Source of the DNA: Phyllosticta citribraziliensis
Lineage: Eukaryota
NCBI RefSeq assembly: GCF_038025025.1
Contig: NW_027117345.1
Coordinates: 1,550,001 to 1,614,000 of the forward strand
DNA length: 64,000 nucleotides
Direction of reading: 5' to 3'
The notes below the pieces were generated by a model. It made no database searches. It was given only the letters and a program-made list of their open reading frames with translations, and had not been told where the DNA came from. Positions within the stretch are counted from its first letter, which is position 1. Each line of letters starts with the position of its first letter. Below, in pieces: positions 22,661 to 34,880 of this stretch. The position numbers were made by a program, and so were the translations under genes.

Positions 22661-25600
22661 TTTCCGACCTTGGGACAACAGGCCTGGCAAAGCGACTGAC
22701 GCAAAGGTAAGAGGGATATTGAGGTGATTATGAGCACATGGTCCAGCAGACGCCGACGCTGGAATGTTCCGGCGGAGTTCGATTGATTCAAATACGGCGG
22801 CGGGTACGCGCCTGACCGCAACGAGACCTGGATGTACATGGACGAGGCGAAGCTGCGCGCCATTGGTGCATAATGCATGCAAAAAGGCGTTGGTGCCTCG
22901 TGTACGCGAACACTCTGACTAGTCAAATCTTCCCACAAGACGGCAACGGAAGATGCAGTGTGCCAGTCTGACAGCTGTACTGGGGTAGAGAGCGGGATAA
23001 AGGTCTTGGGATATCCTCGCACGCAACACAACATGCCTAAAGCCAATTTGAAAGTGCCGAGGGTTTTTGCGGAGGAGCTGGGTAAGTGAGCCGCACTCTG
23101 AACAGCTTTCGGGATAGCTTAAACTTAATTGCCGTTTCGTTCAGGGCACTTCTCGCGCGGGCGCTTCGTGTTCGACCGTCTTTCCATGTTTCGCTCCCCC
23201 TTGCACTAACATCGGAACCTGCGTGCGTCGAATTTTCCGGAGAACATTTTTACAAGGTCCTTCCTGTCGTAGATCCTGAGGTGGGAGAGCTGCGATATGC
23301 TGCGCGAGGTTGTACACCTACGTACAGGGCTAAGTCCAAGGTATTCGACATTGCTGTGGCACGCTTTCGGAACACGATCTTGCAGACGAGCGGAGGAAGA
23401 CATGCACAAGAAGTTACCCCAGCATTCGACCTGAGAACGTTGCAATTAAAACTGACATGCGTCTCAGCCTTGGGTTTTTGATGCGCAGGCGCTGAAGTGT
23501 TTCGGCACGGCGCTCTCGAAGCACAGCGTCGGCCCCAGAACTGCCAGATCCGGTTGGGCAGCTTCTCGCTTTTTCCCGACGAGCGTACATCCCTACAGCT
23601 GCTGTCCTACCAAGTGTTGCTTCGACAGCATCATACCGATCCATCAAGAACTCCTCGGTGTATCCGCCGACTGACACAAAACAACACCCGTCCGACTTCC
23701 AAGTCGCACAAACCAGCCGCCTGTCGGCCTTTGCACTTTTTGCTTGTTCGTGGCCTGAACGTCACGCTACCCTCCTGTCACCACGTCAAGGTTATGTGGA
23801 GAAATCGTCTACCCGGATCGCGAGTGCGAGTGGCTTCGCCGTCGGCTTTTGATCTTGCCTGAAAAGGTCATCTGCTGTTGTTTCGACAGCTGGTCTTCAC
23901 TCGGCCACGTCGGCCGAGCTGCATTAAACATATCGCTAAGCATACAGCCGAAGCCTTTTACCCCAGAGCCCGAGCGCGGGGATTGCGCCACTCCTACTTC
24001 TTCTCGGATTGCTCAAGGTCTGCGATCACGACAGCTGTGACAGCCGTGGCGGCGCTGCCTGGTGGACGGCATGCCGAGATCTACACCTCCTAGCGCGACT
24101 CCAAACATGGAAATCTTGCCAAATTCCAGACGATTACATGCATTTGCCAAGTCTTGGAGTTTTCTGCGATAGCTGCTGCGGCCCGATGATGGGTACATTC
24201 GCTCAGGTGGTGAGGCTCTGTTTCTTGGCCTTGATACTCGGCACGACAAAGCCGTCAGTCCTGTTGGTTGATGTACGAATGCGAGGATCGGAAGACCAAT
24301 GTTTACGAGCGCAGCCCGATCGACTGTGCCAGGTCATAAGTCTCGGCTCCGAGACGGTTCTACAGGCTTTCTAGCGCAGCCTCCCGACGAATTGTGCTCC
24401 ATGCAAAAGCTTCTGCCACTCATGAAGCAGTCCTCCACAGCGGATGAAGCTGATTAGAAAACCGGTCCGGTAGTTGGCTTTTCTGGAGTGTTGTTATGTC
24501 AAGACTTCTACCCCGCAAAGTATGTTGACTGCGAAAGCAAAGCAAATCGGGTCGCCGTTCCCCGGTTTTCAGATTGGGTTCTCTCCACAGTAGTGGATGA
24601 TAACTCCGGATAAATCGGCCGCCTTCTCCACGGACCTTTTGCGGATCAAACAAGTCCGGTTGACATGGCAATACTTGAGCACGACTTGATCCTCATGGCG
24701 TCAGCTCACCTCGCAGACTTTGCCACTGCTTTGTCACCCTCTGCTAAGATTGTATCACCACTTGGTTATCAATTTCAACGAAATTTGTGGCGTGGAAAAG
24801 TAAGACCTGAAGATACAGCAAGAGGACGACGACGACTCCCTTGCGTTCACATCATACCGTCTCACTTGCACCGCTGACGGTTTTGCCCACAACAGAAGCC
24901 AAGAATACTGCGCAACGGTTCTTCCCCACGGACATTAAGGACTCGTCCTCGTCAACCGACTTATTGCCAAGAACATCCGCGCGGCCGTGGACACCAGTTT
25001 TCACTACCTTGAGTTGGGCTTCCGATTGCGCTGTCGTTCGCCACAGGAGAGTCTGTCTGCCCATGCCATCACGGTTGCTTGGTTTGCTTTTCTGCTAAAT
25101 TCTGACCATGCGGTGAACAAGAGTACGGCGCGCCCTTAGGAAGATTTCTTGACTTTCACACGCGAAAAGGCTGTGGTTCGTTGTATTCAAAGGAGTTGCT
25201 ACATGAGTAGACACTACATGGCTCCGACAGCCAAACAGGAAGGTGTGAGACGTGCGATTTCATGTCTGGCGCGCTGCTTGCATCAGGACGTTGACCGCGC
25301 CATCCCCACCTTCCAAAATGGAGCAGACGTGATTCGTTCATGCCGAGATGACAGTATACAAGGCCGGCGGCGCTTGTGGTGACCGACGACCTCTGCCGTC
25401 TGGTTTTCGAGGACCAAGGGGCGAAGAAGCCAACGAACATTCGGAACCGTTCGTTCCGCCAAACCAAGTGCAGTTCATACACAGTCTCAAAATCGCATCC
25501 TCGTAGACTGTGCAGCAATTGAGTTATACCCATCTAGGTGGTTCCGTTCCATTGGAAGTATTGCCCGACCAACGCAAAATCACCTGTTCAGCAGCTAATT

Positions 25601-26255
25601 TGAACTTTATCCAACGTAAGGTACCGGCTTTAGTTCTGAAGGCCAGCTGGAGGGCCCCTGAGAAACACTTTAATGACCAAGGTATTTGTGGTCCTGCCGC
25701 TTAGCTGTAAGTCAAGTGTACATTTGGCGCAATTTCTCGTTCCGAGTACTCGCATTCGCGTGCTTTCTTCAAGCGCACATCATGATTGGATGACACTTGG
25801 AAAACCACCCGCTCAATTTCCTCCGAAGCAACCCGCTCACTTGAGTCTTGACGCTTGTCGAACCCGCACTCGCATGGGTCTAGTCGGACGGCCCGTAGCC
25901 CCGCTTCATTCGCACCCCAGGAGAAAAGTACTAATCCTTGCCACTATGCCTGCAGAGCTACGTTCTTCTGATTGGACAAGTGCGACCTTGCTTTGGTGTG
26001 CTATCTAGCGCCCACGTGCTGTTTCGTGGAAGAGGTGACGTCGCTGTTGATAGGCTTGACGTGCTGCTAAATCGACGCTACAGCTGCATGTTATCACTTT
26101 ATGCGAGGGGGAAATGCTTACTGATTTAGGCATTGGAAGCCAGCACATGCTGTCGTCCAGTTTGACTCGCACTGAGCGCGAAGCTATTTAGTGATGTGGA
26201 TGGAATTATCACGACTTGTTGTGCGATTTTCAGACTCGAATGCGGACTATTCACC

Positions 26256-27305
26256 ATGGACAGCGAACTCGCAAGGACCCTCCCCGCCTCGTGGTACACC
26301 AATCAGGAATTGTACGGACTTGAACGCAGGGCGGTTTTTTTCAAGGTAGCGCCATGTCCCTAGACCGAGTGTCCAATTGCTTCAAGCTGACGCCTCCAAA
26401 AGTCATGGTATCTCCTTGGGCCCGTTACGAGATTCCACGAGGACAGCGTCGAGTACGAAGTTGCACAAATACCACTTCTTGTCACCAAGGACGACGACGG
26501 CGCGCTAAAGGTCGTCGACAAAAACACAGGCCGAGAGGCGCGAAGTCACACCACGCCGACAGGACTTCTCTTCGCGACCATATCAGAACAGGCGCCGAGT
26601 TTTGAAGAATTCTTTCCGGACCTGCTACACCTAGTTGGCCGGGTCGACTTCACGGCGCTCCCGCATCGCCGCAGCATCAAGTACGAAGGACGATTCAACT
26701 GGAAGACGATGGTCGACGGCTATCAGGAATGCCTCCACTGCCAGTACACGCATCCGTCCTTCTCAGTTTACTACCCGCCAACTTTTTACTCGGTCAAGAA
26801 TTTCAAAAACTTCTCGCAGCACATTGCTGACCCCAAAAAGCCCGACGACGGCCTGTTCCTGTACTTCTTCCCCAATTGCACCTTGAATGTGTACGGAGGT
26901 GGCATGTCCAGCTTTCGCGTGTGTCCAACGGACAAGGTCGGAGTCACGCGCATGGAGTTTGACTATTACCACATGGAGTCGGGAGACAAGTTTGAGGAAT
27001 ACTACAAGTTCGTCCGGCAGGTGGCGCTGGAGGACTTTGAGCTGTGTGAGAAAGCGCAGGAGAATCTGGAGAAGGGCATTTACGCCGAAGGCATCCTAAA
27101 TCCGGACAAAGAGAATGGTGTTGCATGTGAGTGCTGATCAAAGATGGATGGAGTTGGAGTATTCGTCTGACTGACAAGCGCAAAAGTCTACCAGAATCGC
27201 GTCCTGGACATGGTGTTTGACCAGCATCAAGCCGAGCAGCGGACTCCTGACCAGGAGTCGAAGGATTCGGAATCGCTGGGGCAACAGTCTCTCCAAGTAT
27301 GCTAG
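26256..27305 (+). CDS. Rieske-oxygenase family (choline/carnitine monooxygenase-like) catalytic subunit lacking the [2Fe-2S] subdomain
   Basis: Exons 26256-26345, 26403-27126 and 27187-27305. Sequence MDSELARTLPASWYT…ERRAVFFK|SWYLLG…; iron site NWKTMVDGYQECLHCQYTH and EDFELCEKAQ. No CxH/CxxH Rieske ligands. Confidence 0.88.
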
Positions 27306-27931
27306 ACGAGGTGTGGAGATACGCATCGCTTTGTTGTCCGCGGAGGAAATCTGCTTTTTTGCGACAAGCACTGATTGCTTTTCGAAATTACCGTGTCGTT
27401 TCCGTCGAACAGTATGAAAAGTCCAGCTCGTGTCGCGCACATAAATTGGGTTCCCCTTTTCGGGAAAGCCGGAAGCCATGACGTCGACGCCAGCGGATCC
27501 GTGTGGTCAGCAGGAGTTCGTCGCCTGGCGCGGCTGACCAGGCCTGGACGTTACACCTCCACCGCCGCCGTGTTTTTCTTGCGCCTGCAAGCCAAGTCAA
27601 AAAGCACCATCCCACCCACACACGTTGATAGGCGGGGTTCGTGCAGGACTAACCGCGATAACTCCCATCTCTGCCACCCCAAAACGGAATCGCGATCCAT
27701 TCCCCGCCGCTCTCTTGGACGCTGTACGCACTTCGACGCTCTCACTCACCTTCTGGACAAGGGAAGACCAGGATTCCATAACCAATTCGGGCAGGCTTGA
27801 TAGCGCTTGCTGGATCAACATTGCACCATCAACCCGTGAAAGCGACCTCAGCCGCATTGTGACGACACTTAAGATCAACGATTCACGTCAACTTGTTGCA
27901 TTTTGGCTGATTGGACTTTGCGTGCTTCGAA

Positions 27932-29468
27932 ATGGAAGGCCCATTGATTGGACTGTTTTGTCTCGCTATCCCTCCCACGGCGTTGGCGATTTGTGCCTAC
28001 ATCTTCTTCTTCCATCACGCGACCCGGGAACCAAAGTCGACACCCTTGTCCACAATATTCGCACCGAGCGCAAGACCGCCGACCATTCTAGAGGAAGATG
28101 AAGACTCGAGCAGTCCCGTAGTCGAGCCAAGTCCTCGGTATCCTGAGGACTGGAACAGCAGTGACAGGGTATTTTCTGTGGAGCGGCGTGCCATTTTCAG
28201 CAAGGTGAGGCAACGAGGAACAGCAAGATGGCCAACAGGTACCTGATTCACGGTGCAGCAATGGCTATTCATCACCCATCGCAGCCGCTTTTCCAGGCCC
28301 GGAGACTATCACACTTTCCAGATTGCCGGATTCCCGATTTTCCTCATCCTTGGAAAGGACCACGTGATTCGAGCGTTCCATAACGTTTGTCGTCACCGCG
28401 CCTATGTTGTTGTCAAGAAGAAGTCAGGCTCGTCCACGGTCCTGGGCTGCCGCTATCATGGGTGGTCTTATGATACCAGGGGCTGTCTGGTGAAAGCGCC
28501 GGCTTTTGAAGACATTAAGAATTTTGACAAGAGCAAGAACAGCCTTTTTGCGCTGCACACCCTAACAACCAAGCAAGGCTTTGTGTTCATCAACCTCAGC
28601 AGCGAGGCGCGAGATTCCTCGCCCAAATTTGCAGAAACTGACGTTCTTGCAAGTGCGTGGCGAATTTCTGAGCGATCTGCCCCGCTTACGCAGTTTGAAT
28701 TTCAGGCAGACTTGAATTGGAAGGAAGCCGGTACGTGCGGGGTGGGGAGGCTTTGAGGTGCGCTCTACGGTGCCGCGAGGCTAATCATGATGCCAGCCGA
28801 TTACTTCGAGCAGATTGGGCACACCGGCATAACTCTCCCGAGCCACGGATGGAAAACCTTTTTCATCTCCAAAGTTCCCCTTTTGTGGAAAGGGGCTCAT
28901 CCTCCCGGTGATGCTCCTGCCATTCTGGACAGCCACGGCCTGAGCACCCTGCATGTCTCTCACGGCGGGAGGCTTTGGTACACTTTGTCGGCAAACCCTT
29001 CGTCCGCTCGCCAAATTGTTTTTCGCTGCGACATCTATCTCAACTGGCCTGGTGATAATCCCCAGGGCGATGCTGCGATCCACAGAATCCAGCACAGTGT
29101 CCAGGCCCATGTGGACGCCGCTGCAAAGGCCACGCGTCCGGAGTGGCAGAAGCATCCAGGATTGCAGGCGAGTATTTTGGACTGCTTGACGCATCACCTG
29201 AGAGCTGAGAGAAAAGCGGGCAAGGAGATTTGGCCTGCAAGCCGTGAATCCGGCGCCAGCGAAAGGTTTAACCAAGCGGACATGCGTAAGTCCATCCTCC
29301 ATTCACTCGTTTGGATCTGCTCGAAATGCGCTGTGGATTTTCGGAAATGTTGTGGAGAGCTCGGCTGATTCGACTGCAGTGTGCAAGCAACTGGAGTGTT
29401 TGAAATCGAACGCGTCGGAGATGGATCCATTCGGAAAGACAGGGCAACGGAATGGCTTGGAGTGGTAA
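27932..29468 (+). CDS. Membrane-anchored Rieske [2Fe-2S] protein with degenerate oxygenase catalytic domain
   Basis: Exons 27932-28204, 28259-28730, 28797-29285 and 29380-29468. N-terminal hydrophobic helix LIGLFCLAIPPTALAICAYIFFF. Rieske motif FHNVCRHR…LGCRYHGWSY. After NWKEA there is no E/D-x2-H-x4-H motif. Confidence 0.88.
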
Positions 29469-31218
29469 AGTCGATGGGCGATAGACGTACGTGGGGACGT
29501 CCTTGGGGACGGAAATATGGAGATGCACTGAGTCGATGTTTCACCCCGTTATCGCAGCAAAAGACCTATGTCAAGGTTAGCATAATTACCAACTAGCACA
29601 AGAGGGCCAAGATCTAATCCGCAAACACCTCGATTTCAATCACTGCTTATACAAAAATAATCCCACTTACACAATATGCGTGGACTTAGCATGAAGGCGT
29701 TCCAGCTTTTAGCCGCTCTCCTAAACGCCACATGGTGAACTACACCTTTGGTCCGTGTACCACCCCTGTCGATTTAAACGTTCTTCCCCAGTACACTACG
29801 CAGGCCAAGGTTTCCACGAAAGAAGAACAACAAGGAGGTTACGGGAATGACTTCTTCGAGGTCTCACCGCGGGCTCGGAAACAAGCCAGCTACCTCAGCT
29901 CCAACCAGGTCAACAACCTACGCGGATCGGCTCGTCGGGCGGAAGCAGCCGCGCGGCTCCGAACCCGCCGTGCTGCGGATACCTGCCGATTGGCCCACGA
30001 CCTCAAACAATGGCTCGGGAAGCCGTGGCCACACTCGTAGCATTGGCCCGCTGATTCTGGCAGCCAGATCCGGGACTCCATGTTGCCAGTGAGACGTTGT
30101 CGTAGGGCTATATTTTGTTTTCAGATTGTGTGCAAAAGCCGTCCATGGCGAATGCGGCCAGATCCGGGGACGGCTGGCTTTCTAGGCGATTGATGACGGG
30201 AACAAGGGCGATTACAGTACAACGGAAGAAAAGGTCATCTGCTCCACGAGTTGAGCGTGTGCCAGTCGGAGACCGCCCAAAATGATGGTGGCGATGTGGG
30301 GTGCGATGGAGAAGGGGCTCTCCGCTTCTCTGCCCACCTTCGGCGTTTGAAAAGTCGAGAACATCCTTGACCCTCGCCGCGACCACGTGGACTTGCGCGC
30401 TACCCACCCAAATCCACTGTTGCCTTAGTATCGCTCAGGCGCTTGTTTCAACACTTTCCCTGACTATGCCGCGTCGAGTGTTCGCGACGGATGAAGATGA
30501 TCTCCGGAGAACATTGATTGACGCCGACGGGATGGAAGCGGACGGAAAGCGGCGGGAGGCAGCAAGGTGGAGAATTCAACCTTCAAAAGTTGAGTCGTGA
30601 CTTGACCACGATCGCCATCATGCAGCGTTAGTTGAATGGCCAGCTTCTAGCCGTTGTCTCCCCGCACTGGATAAATTGACCCGATTGTTGATGTGTAGGG
30701 TGGGCGGGTGAGCCTTATTGTGAAGAAGGTTATCCCCACCCACTCTTCACACCAAGGTTCTGTGTAGGCTTTTATGCTTGCGGGTGATGTGAGGGGCGTT
30801 GAAAATCAGAGTTAAAACGGCTCCAGGTCATAGAGGCCCGAAGCGATTCCTGCCGCCCCGAAGAAGAGAGTGATGATTTCATCATCGGGCAGTCGAGCCT
30901 GAAGTTTGATAGGGCCACAAATTTGTGTTCATGGTGACATCGAGTGACTTTGTATCCAAGAAGGTTCACTCAGCCTGATGAATGCCTGAATGCTTCATGG
31001 TGTTGCATGCTCATCGAAGTCATGTTGGTCATTATTCTCCATACAGCGCTTGCGTGCCCTCTAAGGGTCTGAGTTCCTAGGAAAGTTGGAAATCATCATC
31101 CTGTTGCAGAAGCCTCTGGAGTTCGCATTTTCCCTTGAGTGTTGTACCGTTCGACTTCCAATTCCACGAGGACGCATGCGCAATCAATGCGAGCTCAAGG
31201 AATTTCTCTGAGGAAATG

Positions 31219-32690
31219 TTACCGGAGGAAGTGCTGTCGGTAGTATTGCTGCGATGGTGATGCTGCTTCCGAAGTGGACTGGTTGACAGAAATACTCTTC
31301 AAGATGGCATTCTCTTTGAGTAGCACATCCGGGGGCCTTTTGACTCCTAGATCGTGCCTATCTGACTCTGCCTCTGCCTTGTAGAATTCGACTCGAGACT
31401 GCCCTGTTTCGTCGATGAACAGACACTCGTCGCTCGCGTTTGGATCTTGGACAGTCCGACTTCTCGTCGAGGTCGTGAGATTTTCAGAAATCCTGCGAGT
31501 TCGACTCTTTGCACTCTTCAGCGTCTGCAGCGACACGCTGTTCCCTGGGTTTGTGCTCTGTCTTTTCGAGCTCATCCTTGAAGCTTTTGAATCTTTGGAA
31601 TTGGAGTTGCTTTTGCCGGAACGGTCGTAGGAGTCTTTGAGCGATCCTAGTGTGGATAAACGGTCTTTGGCCTTGGCCATCGCGGTGGTACACAAAGCCT
31701 TGATCGCAGGAAAAGATGCACACATGATGCCTCCATTCAGCTCAATGTTGGTGTAAACAAGGATCCGACCTCCACTCTCTGCTTGATCCTCTGATCGCGT
31801 CCATATAACTACGTTGACCAGCCGCAGGATGGAGGAGATCAGGGCCAGAAGTCCGACACTGAAGATTGCCATGAGCGTCACGCGCCGCGCACGTGTTATC
31901 CGCAGCCTATATAGCAGAGGCATTGGGAGCAGGACGATGAAGAAGTCGGTCACAATGTTGATTGATGCTTGAGCAATCAACATCGTCTCTCGGTCGTTGC
32001 ATCTGCCGGGAATGAAAACGGCCATAGAGAATGCGTCTGAGGTATGAGGACACTGAAAGGCGTTGGTGAGGATGAAGGAGATGGCGGTGGCGCCCACAAC
32101 TGCCATAGCAGTGTAGACGGTTTTGCGGAACCAACGGTGCTCAGATATCGTGCGGTAGAAGAAGAGAATCGAAAGCTTGATGAACAGGAGGTCGACCTGG
32201 TACAAAATCTGATAGGCGTACCCTTTAATTGTCAGTTCGCGCTTTCGTTCCCGTCAAAGTAGATCCTTACATGACTTCAATGTTCCCAAGAGGAAAGCAA
32301 CAGTCTGCGCAGGTCAGAGAGCGCAAATCGAAGCAGTCGCAAGGAATGGTATTTACCTCCTCAGCTGGTGTGAACGGCGCACCAGCGCCAAAGCGCACTT
32401 GGAAAGCATTCGTAACAGTGATGCCCCATGTAATGATCTGTCGCATCGTCAGTAGGAACAGTTGAGATGCTGTTGAGCTGGACATCCTACCACTGCTGCC
32501 AATATCATGACATCCGCCAATCCAGCCCTTTTGATCACAACTACATTGCAGTACAGCCTGTTGCAATCCGTTAGAAGTATTCGAGGAAATGTTCCTGTCT
32601 GCCAAACACTTGCCTCATCAATACCAAGATCGTAGACAAGCTACTTAGCAAGAATGATGTAATCAGAGTCGCAAACTGGAGGCCAGCCAT
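31219..32690 (-). CDS. Pth11-like (fungal rhodopsin-domain) multi-pass membrane protein without a CFEM domain
   Basis: Hydrophobic exon MAGLQFATLITSFLLSSLSTILVLMR. Family motifs FIKLSILFFYRTI, INIVTDFFIVLLPMPLL, SSILRL and ELNGGIMCASFPAIK. Ser-rich tail. The 5' exon boundaries are approximate. Confidence 0.85.
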
Positions 32691-34880
32691 TTCTGAATCA
32701 ACAATCGTGCCAATGTTTTTCAAAATATCGAGTTCGCCATTGTTGAAGAGGGCACGAGGATGGGATACACACAAAAGTGGGCCACTTTGTGAACGGGTCC
32801 GTCCTGTGAGTGTAGAGCGCGGCCCTTGAGCTCAGGGCTTTAAGAATTGCACGAGCGCTCAGCTGATTTTGAGCAGAGCCAAAAGGGCCCCCTTTGAAGT
32901 GTGGGAGCATCGAAAATCACCGTAAAACATGCGCTATACCGCATAGACTCTTCCTAATGTGGTCATCAAGACCAATGCGCACGAAAGATTGCCATCGGGA
33001 AGACATCGGCCTCGCAAAGTCGCAGATCTGCATGCAAGAACGGGAAGGAAGCGCTCCACATCCCCAGTGACGGAGCAGTCTCTGGTACCGCGAGGAAGGA
33101 AAACGACGTGCGTGCGTAGATCGCGCTTGAATACGCGCGAAGCGTTTGTAATGACCATGTGGTAGGCAAGGGGCTTGAAACACCTGCGCTAACGGAGTAT
33201 TCAAGCCATGCCAGAACCAAAGGTCGATGGCAGGATCTCGAGAGACACACTCGCAGCGGTCATTGGGCTGCATGTCTTGTTCAGCCTCTTGCTCAACCTC
33301 TCGCTTGGAACTTTCAAAATTTTCTGGAATAGCGATTTCCTTCGACGCGTGGACGGCACTTTCTCGGTGAGCGGCATTCTCCAGCTGCATTTGTCTTGGA
33401 CTAGGCCCAAATTTTACCCCGTGCGTGCGTAGAACACCATAAGCCTGGATTCCGTACCGGCTCTGTGGTACTCTGCGAGACCAACCCTGTGCTTGCACGG
33501 CGTCTTCTGTCCAGATTCAAAATGCCATCTTTGTCCAGCACGACAGGAATACCCGTCAACATGCTCGAGTCGTTCATCATTTGTCTTCTCAGTTGAGGAA
33601 CTTGGAATTTACCGGTCTGATGTCGAGAGTGGGATGTCATCCTCGGCGTTGCATCTTCAAACGCAAGGCGCTCCGCAGCCGGTCTTCTGGACGGCCGGGC
33701 CGGCGCGCAACCTAGCTCTACCGGCTGGGAGCCCATGACCGGCAATCGCAGGTGTTTCCGAGGTCGGGTGCTCTGTGATATCCTAAATATATAGGAACGA
33801 GGGGACAAACGGCCAATTGCAATGTTCGTAGCTATCACCGAGTCAAGCGTAAGAAGCAGTTCGAGGACTTGGAGTGATAAGGCCGAGGGCGTGTCGGACT
33901 TTGCGGCGTCATCCTTTGAACTTGGCGTTCAGCACGACTCGCTGCTGTATCATTGTGTGTGGAGCATGACATGAGTCGGTGCAGAGATGATCGTAGCAAT
34001 GATGGATCCAGACATCAGAGTGCCCTCGGAGCCTCTCCGCCTTGTTTAGCACCGTTGTGGCATGGGGGCTAAAAAATGAAAAGTAAACCCATGTAGCTCA
34101 AAGGTCAGAGACACATGAAGAAGGGAAAGAAAACACCATGCGACCGTGACAGAAGCAGCTGAACAAACCTTTCTCTGTTGCGGGACAGACCCTGGCTCAT
34201 AAGGTACCGGAGATATGACGCCTGGAGGGCTTTCGGGGTTGGTAAGGTGACAAAAACTAGCAGGCCAGGAAGTGATGATGACGGTGATGCCGGTGATGCC
34301 GGTGGGAGCTCTTGAAGTGCTCTGAAGGATTCTGTCATGTTGAAGAGAACTTGCATGCTGGAGAATGGAGACACTTGATTGAGTATCGGAAAGAGTATGA
34401 TTCTGGCCCGCGACCTAAGTCGAAGTCGTCTGCGGATGCTGTTTCTTGACTAGCAAAGCCATGATCCAAGTGGAGGAATAGTTCCTTGAGCCTCCTGTAT
34501 GAAGCGTGCAACGATGGCATAGTGCCATGTAGAATCGTGTCGAACGCGCCACTGGAATCGGGATTGCATCGACCAGAGGAGTGTTTGTGAGCAAGTAGTT
34601 TGAGCCAGCCGCGAGGCACAAGATTTTGAAGCGGAAACTGGTGGCATGGGTGAAGGATCGTGGGGGTTGATGGTGTTGGTGTTGCGGCTACAAGCCGTGG
34701 CTTGGCTGAAGCACAGACCGCTCTGTTGCGCGTGGAATCTTCGTGAAGCAGCATCTGCTTTTGGTCGCGCCCAAGATATTTTGGACTGCTCTGCGAGACC
34801 TATTGCGCCCGCAACTTTCAGCCTCTCTCTACACATCCAACCTCCATCAATCCTCACCCCAGCACACTCCCACATCCACA

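Noticed and set aside
26256..29468. Reading the Rieske pair as one broken gene or as two pseudogenes
   Set aside because: Each has its own ATG, canonical introns, an intact frame and a stop. The domain order is opposite to a simple fission, and each retains its own cofactor ligands. Formal exclusion needs dN/dS.
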